From the NCBI GenBank assembly GCA_030390025.1, contig CM059433.1, positions 16,370,001-16,434,000 of the forward strand: a stretch of DNA of 64,000 nucleotides. The letters are read 5' to 3'. Position 1 is the stretch's first letter, and every line of letters starts with the position of its first letter. The notes beneath the pieces were generated by a model, which saw only the letters and a list, made by a program, of their open reading frames with translations, made no database searches and was not told the DNA's origin. The DNA comes from Squalus acanthias (lineage: Eukaryota). Made by a program: the position numbers and the translations under genes. Of the stretch, positions 12,920 to 25,151 are shown one piece after another.

Positions 12920-13370
12920 CATAGAATTTTAAAATGTTGGATATTGTTACCCGCTAAATGTATTTTCCACTCATGGCTGATCTGTATCTTAACTCTATCT
13001 ACCTGCCTGGGTTTTGTAACCCTTAATACCCTTGCCTAACAAAAATCTATCAATCTCAGTTTTGACATTTTCAGTTGACCTAGCCTCAATAGCTTTTTGG
13101 GGAGAGAGCTCCAGCTTTCCATCACCCTTTATGTGAAGAATTGCTTTCTGACATCACTCCTGAACGACCCAGTTCTAATTTTGATGTTTGCCCCCTTGTC
13201 CTGGACTCCCCCACCAGAGGAAATAGTTTTTCTCTATCTACCCTATCAACTCCTTTAATCATCTTAAACACCTCAATGAAATCACACCTTAATCGTCTAT
13301 GTTCAAGGGAATACAAACCTTGTCTATGCAACCTGACTTCATAATTTAAACCTTTTAGCTCCGGTATCAT
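12920..13370 (-). mobile_element. CR1 LINE 3' fragment
   Basis: LYSLEHRRLRCDFIEVFKMIKGVDRVDREKLFPL. Confidence 0.85.
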
Positions 13371-13879
13371 ATCTGAAGAGATCCACACTCTATGAATAAA
13401 GGCTCAAAACCCTGAAGTCAGATCAACTTGGCATAGATTTTACTGGACAGCACACATGAGTAATACAAACAAGCAATGTGTCTATCCCCTCATCCTGCAG
13501 GAGACTCATCGGGGACTAGGAGCTCACCAGTCGAGGTAGTTCCTAACATGGAGTTCGCCTGACGTAGGGTTTCATTACATATTTATATCTTTCTTGAACA
13601 CATCTACTTGTGCAGTTTCTTTATCTGCAACTGTCACTCATACTGACTCAGCAGATGTCACATGACTGTTTTTGATACAAAACTAAGGTTGGGAACTAAG
13701 GGACCCAATTTTTATCTGTATTTCTAAATGTTGCTGAATCCTGTATTTCTCAGTGACTCTAAGTTCATCTCTACTCTTAGTACTTTTAATTTCCCTCAAA
13801 CTGTAATCATGTTAGTTTTGTTACATAAATGCTTTGTTGGCTTCATTACCAGGTTATAGTCCAACAGTTTTATTTGAAA

Positions 13880-13916
13880 TCACGAGCTTTCGGAGCGCTG
13901 CTCCTTCGTCAGGTGA
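13880..13916 (-). ncRNA. Minimal type I hammerhead ribozyme motif
   Basis: Minus strand reads UCAC-CUGACGA-A-GGAGC(AGC)GCUCC-GAAA-GC-UC-GUGA: intact core, stems I and II, palindromic AGCU stem III. Confidence 0.7.
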
Positions 13917-14432
13917 AGTGAAGAGATACATATAGGCACAGCATATATAGTCAGAGAACACAGCCAGATGATTACAGTTAATCTTTCCAACTGCCCTTTA
14001 TCACACCTCGGCAGAGAGATGATCACGGCAATCAAAGGTGTGGATGGTGTCCAAACAGGTCAGTCAGCAAAACATTACATCAAAGACAATGTGGCAGATG
14101 CTGGGGTCTGTATGGAAAACAAAAAACCATTTTTGCTGGAAATCACAGCAGGTCCGGCCGCATCTGTGTGGAGAGAACAAGCCAAGATGCGGCCGGACCT
14201 GCTGTGATTTCCAGCAACAAAAGTTTTTTGTTTTCCATACAGACCCCAGCATCTGCCACATTGTCTTTGATGTAATGTTTTGCTGACTGACCTGTTTGGA
14301 CACCATCCACACCTTTGATTGCCGTGATCATCTCTCTGCCGAGGTGTGATAAAGGGCAGTTGGAAAGATAACTGTAATCATCTGGCAGTGTTCTCTGACT
14401 ATATATGCTGTGCCTATATGTATCTCTTCACT

Positions 14433-14470
14433 TCACCTGACGAAGGAGCAGCAGCTCCGAAAGCTTGTGA
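14433..14470 (+). ncRNA. Minimal type I hammerhead ribozyme motif
   Basis: UCAC-CUGACGA-A-GGAGC(AGCA)GCUCC-GAAA-GC-UU-GUGA. Confidence 0.7.
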
Positions 14471-15799
14471 TTTCAAATAAAACTGTTGGACTATAACCTG
14501 GTGTTGTGCGACTTCTCACATTTGTCCACCCCAGTCCAACACCGGCATCTCCACATCTTGGCTTCATTAGGTTCTTTTCATTATTTGTTTTAGATTCAGT
14601 TTATGTGGTGTTCCATTCATGGAATGTTCCTACTTTCCACCTTCTCTCAGTAGCTTTTATCCACACTGTCTGATTCACAGAAAGTGCCACGGCAGATGTT
14701 TCTCTTCCTACAGCCTAACACTTCAGGTCTTGTCCTAACACCTTATAATTCCGCGCATACTTTTGTGCAGCTGATCAGTCCTCTATCCCTGGGAAGTCGG
14801 CAGCTCTGAAGTGTCTTCCTTAATTATCTATCAATTGAGGCACCGGTGCATCTGTTCCTAGCTTTCTTGTAATAGTGTCCTTTTATTCTAATGTACTTTG
14901 ATTTAGATGTTATACTGTCATACAGGAGCTGAGAATTAGTATTGCTACAGTATCGCACTTAACTGCTAGTGAACTTTCCCAGACCTACAGAATCTTTGCT
15001 GCAATTGCCATGTGAGCCCTTCTCATAGTCACCATTATTTTATGTTATTTCCCAATATTTTATTGCTCTGTATATTTTATTTCTCAACATCGCGTATACC
15101 ATCAGAGGAGGTACTGAGCACATTGGAGACACGGTATCAGAGACAAAAAAAATTTAAAAATTTAGTGGGCAAGTCACTCGGGGCTGCTTTTATGCTCTTG
15201 GTACTTGCTAAAGTATAACATTGGGAGAAGCCTGAAAGTAAGGTCCAGAATCAAACTCTTTGGGGAATGGTGTAGCAAAGTAAAAGGGAAGGGGTTGACT
15301 ACATTTAAAAGGGCATCATCATGGAGAAAGTGGCAGACTTTTTTGTGGGAGAAACACATTGTTGCCAGTGACGGCACAACTAAGCTGCACAATGAAAGGT
15401 GAAACTGTTGAGGGTGAAATACCTGCTGTCAAGTAATTTGATACAATAGTCAGTGTGAGTACAAAATGTGGTGATCTTGAAAAATGAAACCGGTTCATAC
15501 TTGTATAAGTCGGCATTATTGCAATAAGCTACTTAGCAATACTGAACATTAAGATAAATGATCAAATGCAATGTACCAAATTATGGCAGCTATTGTTTCT
15601 TTCATCTCTTAAACATGGTTACCCAATAGTACATGATTACTCATGAAATTACTTTAAATGTCACTATTTCACTAACGGGTTGCTTGTTATGTTTTAAACA
15701 ATCTGGAACATAGGATTTTTTTCCCACTACAGTATAACTACTGTGGTAGGATTTTCCCCTTAAAGTAGAAACTAAGATGCATCAACTCTAATAAACATG

Positions 15800-17215
15800 T
15801 TAACGTTGTACCGTTGTTTAAAAAGGGAGAAAGGGATAGACCAAGTAATTACAGGCCAGTCAGCCTAACCTCGGTGGTGGGCAAATTATTGGAAAAAATT
15901 CTGAGGGACAGTTTTAATCGTCATTTAGAAAGACACGGAGTAATCAAGGACAGTCAGCATGGATTTGTTAAGGGAAGTTTGTGACTAAATTGATTGAATT
16001 TTTTGAGGAGGTAACAAGGAAGGTCGATGAGGATAGTGCGTTTGATGTAATCTACATGGATTTTAGCAAGGCTTTTGACAAGGTCCCACATGGCAGACTG
16101 GTCAGAAAAGTCAAAGCCCATGGGATCCAAGGGAAAGTGGCAAGTTGGATCTAAAATTGGCTCCGTGGCAGGAAGCAAAGGGTAATGTTCGACAGATGTT
16201 TTTGTGACTTGAAGGCTGTTTCCAGTGGGGTTCCGCAGGGCTCAGTACTAGGTCCCTTGCTTTTTGTGGTATATATCAATGATTTAGACTTCAATGTAGG
16301 GGGCAAGATTAAGAAGTCTGCAGATGATACAAAAATTGGCCGTGTGGTTGATAGTGAGGAAGAAAGCTGTAGACTGCAGGAAGATATCAATGGACTGGTC
16401 AGGTGGGCAGAAAAGTAGCAAATTCAATTGGAGAAGTGTGTGGTAATGCATTTGGGGAGGGCTAACAAGGCAAGGTAATACACAATAAATAGTAGGATAT
16501 GGAGAAGTGCAGAGGAACAGAGGGACCTTGGAGTGCATGTCCACAGATCCCTGAAGCTAGCAGGACAGGTAGATAAGGTGGTTAGGAAGGAATACGGCAT
16601 ATTTTGCTTTATTAACCGAAGCATAGAATATAAGAGCAGGTGGGTTATGCTTGGACTGTGTAAAACATTAGTTAGGCCACAGCTAGAGTACTGCATACAG
16701 TTCTGGTCACCACATTGCAGGAAAGATGTGATTACACTAGAGAGGGTACAGAGGAGATTTATGAGGATGTTGCCAGGACTGGAGAATTTTAGCTATGAGG
16801 AAAGATTGGATAGGCTGGGATGTTTTCTTTGGAACAGAGGCTGAGGGAGACTTAATTGAGGTGTATAAAATTATGAGGGGCCTAGATAGAGTGGATAGGA
16901 AGGACCTATTTCCCTTTGCAGTGAGGTCAATAACCAGGGGGCATAGATTTAAAGTAATCAGTAGAAGGATTTGACGGAAATTGAGAACTTTTTTTACCCA
17001 GAGGGTGGTGGGGGGGTCTGGAACTCACTGCCTGAAAGGGTGGTAGAGGCAGAAACCCTCATCGTATTTAAAAAGTACTTGGATCTGTCGTAACCTACGT
17101 GGGTTCCGAATCAAGAGCTGGAAAGTGGGATTCGGCTGGCTAGCTCTTCTTCAGCCAACACAGACACGATGGGCCAAATGGCCACCCCCTGTGCCATAAA
17201 TATCTATGATTTTTA
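15800..17215 (+). mobile_element. CR1 LINE, RT domain to 3' end, degenerate
   Basis: [40 protein letters not shown] and LEYCIQFWSP motifs. Confidence 0.92.
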
Positions 17216-17399
17216 TGGTAAGCATTTAAAAATTGCTTTTATCTTAACCTTTCCACTCCAGCCTTTCTTTGAAATATTTGAATTGTTTAAATTGAGTGAC
17301 TTGCATCTGTTTTCCATTTAAATTGTATTACAGACTACTTGGCAGAGGTCGAATAATTTATTACTTTTGACAAGATTTGAGTAAAATTCAATAATAAAC

Positions 17400-18112
17400 G
17401 GCCAGAATTTGCTGGAGCGGGGCATCTTGTAGCATGCCCTGTCAGTTAGACTTTTTCCCCTCGCCCTTCAGCTTGAAATGTTTTTCCCCCCTGTAAGTTG
17501 CTGGAAGTGTGAGCTGATAACGGCATGGTGTGGGCAACTGGGACCTTGGTGAATGACAGGACCAATCTCCTTAACCAGTAAGATTTAAGGATTCAGAAAG
17601 AAACAGGAACGACAGAGAAGGACGGTGATTTTGAGTCAAATCATGTACAGAATGAGAAATAAAGAGAGGCAAAGAAAAATTGGGTTAAGAGAGAGAGAAA
17701 AAAGAGACAAAGTAAAAGTAAGAAAAAAAATAAAATTTAACATTTTTAATGTTAAAAATCTCTAATGACAATTTTAATGAGACTCCACAGTTTAAATTGT
17801 TCCCTTTCTAAGTCGGAGAGGGTGAGCGCCATTGCCAGGAGCATAAATCTTGTCATTAAAAAGGTACTTACACTGTTAAGTGCAAGCCCTAACTTTCTGC
17901 AGCGAGTTTAATTGGCAATTAATGCGCAAATGCAGCAATTTCACGAAACTCACAGGGAGGTTGAGGGCGAGCTGGTTGTCCAGCAACTTTTGGCAATTTG
18001 CAATTCAAGGGATATCTCTTCCTCCCCACAAGTAGCTGAACGGTTTACACATTAAGGACGGTGAGCGCCATTAAACTCGCCGTTATTTTGGCAGCAAAGT
18101 TATTTTGGGCCA
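17400..18112. mobile_element. Non-autonomous Harbinger-like element
   Basis: Ends ggccagaatttgctg ... cagcaaagttattttgggcc; CpG-rich termini around an AT/AG-rich core. Confidence 0.55.
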
Positions 18113-18424
18113 TTAAGTATGACGAGATTTGAGTGAAATTCAATAATAATATTGTCTGAAATCTATTTCGTGCTTCAAGTTTAGCTCCATATTATTCTAT
18201 TACTACTTCCCAATTGTTGTTAGCGAGTGGTTAGTGATTCTTCTCAATTGTTTAAGAAAGCAAACTCGTGCTTATGAGATCATTGTATAAATCGCAATTA
18301 CATATTTGATCAAGTTTAAAAAAAGGAATTTCTTGCACTTTTTAAAATTAGATTTTTTCTGAAGTTCAGAATGCTGGTCAGGATAATTGATAGGTGTGGT
18401 GTATACCCTAAACCACACTTCTAT

Positions 18425-19510
18425 CATCGAATCATACAGCACAGAAGGAAGCTATTTGGCCTATCGTGCCTGTGCCGACTCTCTGAAAGAGCTACCAATT
18501 AGTCCCACTCCCCTGCTCTTCCCCATAGCCCAGCAAATTTTTCCTTTTTAATTTAGAGATCCAGTTCCCTTTTGAAAGTTACTACTGAATCTGCTTCCAC
18601 CATCCTTTCAGGCAATGCATTCCAGATCACAACAGCTCTGACTAAAAAAAAAAAAATTCTCCTCATTTTCACCTTGGCTTTTTTTGCCAATTATTTTAAA
18701 TCTGTGTCCTCTGGTTACCAACCCTCCTGCCAGTGGAAACATTTTCTCCTTATTTACTCTATCAAAACCCTTCATAATTTTGAGCACCTCTATTAAATCT
18801 TCCCTTAACCTTCTCTGCTCTTTGGAGAATATTCACAGCTTCTCTGGTCTCTCAGATAACTGAAACCCTCATCCCTGGTACCATTCTGGTAAATCTCCTC
18901 TGCACCCTCTCCAAGTCTTTCTAAAGTGTGGTGCCCGGAATTGGACACAGTACTCTAGCTGAGGTCTAACCAGTGATTTATGAAGGTTTACCATAACTTT
19001 CCTTGCTTTTGTACTCTCTTCCTTATACACAAAGCTTTTTTAACAGCTTTATCAACTTGTCCTGCCACCTTCAAAGATTTGTGTATGTGCACCCCCAGGT
19101 CTCTCTGTTCCTGCAACCCCTCTAAGAATTGTACCATTTAGTTTATATTGCCTCTCGTCAATTTTCCTTCCAAAATACATCACTTCAAACTTCTCTGTAT
19201 TAAATTTCATCTGCCATGTGCCTGCCCATTTCACGTCTGTCTATGCCCTGCTGGAGTCTGCTACTATCCTCCTCACTGTTTACTACATTTCCAAGCTTTG
19301 TAACATCTGTAAACTTTGAAATTATGCCCCCATACCCAAGTCCAGGTCATTAATATATATTAAAAAGAGCAATGGTCCTAATATCAACACCCGAGGGACA
19401 CCACTGTGTACTTTCCTCCAGTCTGAAAAACAACAGTTCACTACAGCTCTCTCTTGTCTCACAGCCAATTTTGTATCCACATTGCTACTGCCTCTTTAAT
19501 CCCATGGGCT
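18425..19510 (-). mobile_element. CR1 LINE RT/3' fragment
   Basis: KWAGTWQMKFNTEK motif and CR1 tail. Confidence 0.85.
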
Positions 19511-19719
19511 TCAATCAGCAAGATTTGTTGCACAAATGAATTACTGTACATATTTTCCGTAAGGAACCAACATTCCATTGTAAGCATTTTTATTTAAAGC
19601 CTTGTCAGCTCCGGTTAGTTAAGTAACTGTTGAGGTACACGTCGTTATACTAGCCAGTGTAATTACTCTATTTTCAAAATAAAGTTTTAGAGAAAAAATA
19701 AAAATATAGGCACATATAA

Positions 19720-21266
19720 AATGTGTATAAAATTATGAGGGGCCTAGATAGAGTGTATAGGAAGGACCTATTTCCCTTAGCAGAGATATCAATAACAAAG
19801 GGGAATAGATTTAAAGTAATTGGTAGAGGGGAGTTAAGGAGAAATGTTTTCACCCTGAGGGTGGTAGTAGTCTGGAACTCACTGCCCGAAAGGGTGGTAG
19901 AGGCGGAAACCCTCATTGCGTTTAAGAAGTACTTGGATATATACTTGAAGTTCCGTAACCTACAAGGCTACGGACCATAAGAACATAAATAGGAGCAGGA
20001 GTAGGCCATTAAGCCCCTCGAGCCTGCTCTGCCATTCAATAAGATCATGGCTGATCTTCTACCTCAACTCCACTTTCCTGCACTATCCCCATATCCCTTG
20101 ATTCCCTTAATATCCAAAACTCTATCGATCTCTCTCTTGAATATACTCAACGACTGAGCGCCACAGCCCTCTGGGGTAGAGAATTCCAAAGATTCACCAC
20201 CCTCTGAGTGAAGAAATTTCTCCTCATCTCGGTCCTAAATGGCCGACCCCTTATTCTGAGACTGTGACCCCTGGTTCTAGACTCCCCAGCCAAAGGAAAC
20301 ATCCTCCCTGCATCGACCCTGTCAAGCCCTGTAAGAATTTTGTATGTTTCAATGAGATCACCTCTCATTCTTCTAAACTCCAGAGAATATAGGCCTAGTC
20401 TACTCAATCTCTCCTCATAGGACAATCCCCCCATCCCAGGAACCAGTCTGGTGAACCTTCATTGCACTCCCTCTATGGCAAGTATATCCTTCCTTAGGTA
20501 AGGAGACCAAAACTGTACACAATATTCCAGGTGTGGTCTCACCAGGGCCCTATATAATTGCAGTAAGACGTCTTTACTCTTATACTCAAATCCTCTTGTA
20601 ATAAAGGCCAACATACCATTTGCTTTCCTAATTGCTTGCTGTACCTGCATGTTAACTTTCAGTGATTTGTGTGCAAAGACACCCAGGTCCTTCTGAACAG
20701 CAACATTTCCCAATCTCTCACCATTTAAAAAATACTCTGCTTTTCTATTTTTCCTACTGAAGTGGCTATCTTCACATTATATTCCATTTGCCATGTTCTT
20801 GCCCACTCACTTAGCTTGTCTACATCCCCTTGAAGCTTCTTTGCATCCTCCTTACAACTTACTTTCCCACCTAGCTTTGTATCATCAGCAAACTTGGATA
20901 TATTGCATTTGGTCCCCTCATCCAAATCATTGATATAGATTGTGAATAGCTGAGGCCCAAGCACTGATCCTTGCGGTACCCCACTAGTTACAGCCTGCCA
21001 ACCCGAAAATGACCCGTTTATTCCTACTCTCTGTTTCTGTCCGTTAACCAATCCTCAATCCATGCTAGTATATTACCCCCAATCCCATGAGCCCTAATTT
21101 TGTTTAATAACCTCTTGTGTGGCACCTTATCAAATGCCTTCTGAAAATCCAAATACACCACCAAGAGCTGGAAAGTGGGATTAGGCTGTATAGTTCTTTT
21201 TCAGCTGGCACAGACACGATGGGCTGAATGGCCTCCTTCTGTTCCGTAAACGTCTATGATTCTATA
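19720..21266 (+). mobile_element. CR1 3' fragment (19720-19977 and ~21163-21266) split by an antisense CR1
   Basis: The tail ggctacggacca|agagctggaaagtggga resumes after the insertion. Confidence 0.8.
19978..21162 (-). mobile_element. CR1 LINE RT/3' fragment (nested)
   Basis: [14 protein letters not shown]...FADDTKLGG; LYRALVRPHLEYCVQFWSPY; FFTQRVVNLWNSLP. Confidence 0.93.
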
Positions 21267-21269
21267 TGA

Positions 21270-21572
21270 ACAAGGGGCCATAAATATAAGATAGTCACTA
21301 ATAAATCCAATAGGGAATTCAGGAGAAACTTCTTTACCCAGAGAGTGGTTAGAGTGTGGCACTCGCTACCACAAGGATTAATTCAGGCGAATAGGATAGT
21401 GAATTGGGGAAGCTAGATAAACATATGAGAGAGAAATGAATAGAAGGATATGTTAATGGGGGTTAGATGAAGAAGGATGGGAGGAGGCTCGTGTGGAGCA
21501 TAAACACCAGCTTAGACCTGTTGGACCGAGTGGCCTGTTTCTGTGCTGTTAATACTATGTAATACTATGTAA
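21270..21572 (+). mobile_element. CR1 3' fragment
   Basis: Similar to 2845-3150. Confidence 0.8.
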
Positions 21573-23210
21573 CATAGGTGCCCAATAAAATTGAACGTAG
21601 CTATATTTATGTAGCAGTAGTTTAATCTGTTGGCCTCTTATCAAGAGATTTGCAGTCCTTCAGATATTAGTACTAGCTGGTACCTGTTTGGTATTAACAA
21701 TTGTGATCTAGATTGCCAATCTTTCTTTCTTTAAATCCCCAAGATCCCCGACATTGTCATGAATGAAAAAGGGTCTCTTCTGCTCTGTAACTATTCTGCA
21801 GGGAGTGATGCAGGTTGACCCTCCATCCAATTTAAAACCCATCTTTCAAAGTATTCTGGCTGAGCAGCATCCCTGGTTATTGATTATTGTGAACTAATTA
21901 TCTGCAAAAATAAATGCACATTTTAAATGAGCAAAAAAGCGAGAGCGTGGAACCAGGACAGAGATTGGAGATGACAGAAAAACAGACAGCAGAACAGACA
22001 ACAGCTTTGAAAAATACTTTTATCAATAGTATTATTATTAATTGATTATTGCACGCACCTCCCAGCTCCAGTTTGCAAGATGAGTCTTTCTTTCTAAGTA
22101 ATAGTTCTTTGAAGTATGTTTTGAGATTTATGGTAGTACATTTCCAATCAGGATCTTACTTTTTTGCTGGCGTTTCACACAATACTGCGAAATTCAGAAC
22201 TTATAAGTATATGTTTCAATAACAGGCTCACAGGCTTTGACTTGTTTTAGTTGGTGAAAAGAAGATTGAGAAAGAGATATCATTTGGCTCTTTCAAATAA
22301 TGAAAGACATGAATAATGATGATGTAAACTATTTATTTCACCTAACGTATGATAGCTTGAGGGAGTACAAAATTTGTAAGTCGCAAGCCAGAGACTCGAG
22401 AAATTTTTACTTTGATCTCTTTCTCTCGCAGTTACTTTTACTTGTTTCAATTACTGTATGGAACACTGTTTTCCGTAGAGTATTTGACCATGGAAGTGAC
22501 ATCTGCGTATTACAACTTGTCTGCAATGTTCTATCCAGTTGGTTTCCTGGAACTTTCAATTACCTTCAAGGTGAAGAAAATCTTCACTTGGGTTGAAATC
22601 GGGCTGTGTGGTATTAGTGTACAACCAGTTCCGTATGAAATCTCACTGTCCACTTTATTACTGAAGGTGTGAAACTTTTATTTTTTAAAAAAAGAGGAAT
22701 TTCATACAGATGCATTTGTATGGTAATATCACCCAGACTAAATTCATCATCTAAAAGTCTCCCATGAGTCCCACCGCCAGTGCCCCCAATATACACTCTG
22801 CCTGCAAAATGCATACGTACAGTACTTCACAGTATCAGAATTGAAGCCCACAAGACTGTTTCAACCTGCTTTCATGATTTTAGAGATGGGAATAAAAGCT
22901 GATTTTTTTTCTTGCCAAGGTATAAAAGCAGCCTTCCTAGAAAAGGGCCAGCTTCACTTTGTTACTTTAATCTTCAGCCAAGTGACTGGCCAATGCTGCA
23001 TCTTCCTCCCCTGCCCCAAGCTGTGGTGAGACTGGCGTGGACCCCTGCCAACAATATGCTAATTACCTGATCCCAGCAATTCTGACGGGGTCAGGCACAT
23101 TACTCTGCATCTGTAGGTCCACTCCACCATATGGTGGTGGAGTGAGATTGTGGATTTTGCAATCCCGTTCTGTTCATATAAGTATAATTACATTTATTTT
23201 CTCCTTACAG

Positions 23211-23413
23211 AAAATCCATGGGAAAAGCCTTCAATCGTGACAGCGATACACTCATTTGAGGGACAAGCACCAGGTGATCTGAGCTTCAATGTAGGTGACA
23301 AAATCACCGTGACATCCCAAACTAATTCTCAGTTTGACTGGTGGGAAGGAAAATTCCAAGGAAATGTTGGCATTTTTCCAGCCAACTATGTATCTGTTTC
23401 TCAAGACTGTTGA
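23211..23413 (+). CDS. SH3YL1: Terminal coding exon (SH3 domain) of SH3 and SYLF domain-containing protein 1
   Basis: Polypyrimidine tract plus acceptor (ttttctccttacag|) at 23210, phase 1. Translation ENPWEKPSIVTAIHSFEGQAPGDLSFNVGDKITVTSQTNSQFDWWEGKFQGNVGIFPANYVSVSQDC* closely matches the vertebrate SH3YL1 C-terminal SH3 domain as I recall it (SFEGQ..GDL.F..GD.ITV.S.T.S.FDWWEGK..G..GIFPANYV). Upstream exons were not identified. Confidence 0.9.
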
Positions 23414-24110
23414 TTGTGAATCACACATTCAGCTTTGCCAAATATTGCCCTTTGGTTTGTTACAATATGGTAAATATTATAAATCTTATATGAACAAATT
23501 TGGTCCTTAAATATATACATCACAATAGATACCTAAGAGTAATATGCAAAGTTATAATAATATTTTCATATATTTATAAACCAAAAGTGCTGATCCCAAG
23601 AGATTCATCAATAGTGCCTAAATGCCAAGATTAGATTTCTCTTTTATTACTCTGAGATCTATTTTCAATAATATGTTTATATAGTTTTTGAGGATGTTCT
23701 AGTAACTATATAGTACCAAATGACATTCACAGGAGAAATGCACACGCCTTTGTGAAAGTAAAATTATATTCTAATTGGAATAGAGAATATGTATAGAGAG
23801 TATATATTGAATCTAAATTCTATAATGTTTATTCAAGAAATATGTAATTCTGGAGTTTGGTTGCCAATCATCATTCAAGAGCAATGAAATAAAGAATCTT
23901 CAACAAAAAAAATATAGGCTTAGAAATAATCCTACCAATTTTAAGGGTTATAAATCTATAATTATTTAGGTCTAGTTTGAAAATTCTTGCTGCATTTTTT
24001 CATTTAAAATGCAGAATTGTGGTGGTGGATTATTGCTAAATTGTCTTAAAGCAGAAATCTGGATATTAACCATGTTAACAAATGGAACTTGGAATGCAAT
24101 AAAATGAGAA
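23414..24110 (+). other. Probable AT-rich 3' UTR of SH3YL1 with candidate AATAAA signals
   Basis: AT-rich, repeat-free tract after the stop codon, with AATAAA near 23888 and 24098. Confidence 0.5.
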
Positions 24111-24198
24111 GATGTTAAAAAATCATTAATCATGGCTTAAGTGATTGATTATAGTTAGGAAACTGAACAAAATAAGTGTGTGTGTGTGTTACCCATGC

Positions 24199-24288
24199 TG
24201 ACCTGAGGAAGGAGCAAATCGATAGCTCCGAAAGCTTGTGATTTCAAATAAAACTGTTGGACTATAACCTGGTGTTGTGCGACTTCTC
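24199..24288 (+). mobile_element. Short Penelope-like terminal fragment with a hammerhead core
   Basis: CUGAGGA-A-GGAGC(AAAUCGAUA)GCUCC-GAAA-GCUU-GUG followed by sequence identical to ~14460-14518. Confidence 0.7.
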
Positions 24289-24597
24289 AAAAATTAAAAG
24301 CAGCACTTTAATTTATCTCTACTCCTGGATTTAGGACACTCAAGTATTTCATTTCTCCTTTTAAGGCTTCCCTTTTTTGTGCTTTGAAACTAAAGAAAAA
24401 GATGAGGGACTCTGGTGATGGAGTTTTAGAGGCTTGCATTTCAGATTCTGGGATTTGGATTTGAATCCAGGCCAAACTGATGGGATGAAAGCTGTTCCCT
24501 TATGCTGGCTCCAATGTTGCTCAATTAAAGGAGTTTGCTAAACAAGTAGGCATGCAACTGCAGTAATAGCTTTCAAATTTCCATGTGTGTGGGGAGA

Positions 24598-24738
24598 CAA
24601 CGTTCTGCTAAGCATGGCCACACAATCTGGAGGTCCTGCGCAAGCCGCTCACTGTCTTTTACATGGAAAATTTGAATTGTCGCGCAAGCCAGTTAAAGGG
24701 GCCGCGCATGGAAAAAAAAAGAATTAGAGGGAACGTTG
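24598..24738. mobile_element. hAT-like MITE
   Basis: TIRs caacgttc..ctaa / ttagagggaacgttg; approximate 8-bp TSD gtgggga(g)a. Confidence 0.55.
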
Positions 24739-24884
24739 GTGGGGAACCCCTTGCAAAATATTGACACACTTCCAATGACCCAGTCCTAACTTTCACAAAA
24801 ACTGTGTCAGTTACCCAAATGAAAACAGTTGCATCACTGCAGAGAATGTTATTTTATTTCGCCTACACCAACAGAAGTAATACA

Positions 24885-25071
24885 AAAGCAAAATACTGTG
24901 CGGATGCTGGAAATCTGAAATAAAAACAGAAAATGCTGGAAACACTCAGCAGGTCAGGCAGCATCTGTGGAGAGAGAAACGAAAGGTCATTGACCTGAAA
25001 CATTAACCCTGTTTCTCTCTCCACAGATGCTGCCTGACCTGCTGAGTATTTCCAACATTTTCTGTTTTTAT
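24885..25071. repeat. Hairpin repeat (60-bp arms), probably Penelope-derived
   Basis: Arms 24921-24980 and 25011-25070. The spacer gaAGGTCAtTGACCTgaaa resembles hammerhead stem II plus GAAA. Related to the centre of the 13848-14502 palindrome. Confidence 0.7.
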
Positions 25072-25151
25072 ACCAACAGAAGGAACATGCTATTAGGTCA
25101 ATACAGAAACCTGATCGTCTTAAAGTTCAGGGACCCCTTTGGAAAACCATT

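Larger units (their letters stand above)
13848..14557. mobile_element. Penelope-like retroelement remnant: inverted pLTR-type repeat (arms 13848-14166 and 14185-14502) with a ~55-bp tail
   Basis: Near-perfect ~320-bp arms with an 18-nt spacer; TSD TTGGCTTCATT(A) at 13837 and 14558; hammerhead core in each arm. Confidence 0.75.

Noticed and set aside
13968..14331. Identical ORFs on both strands
   Set aside because: Consequence of the palindrome; no recognisable protein.
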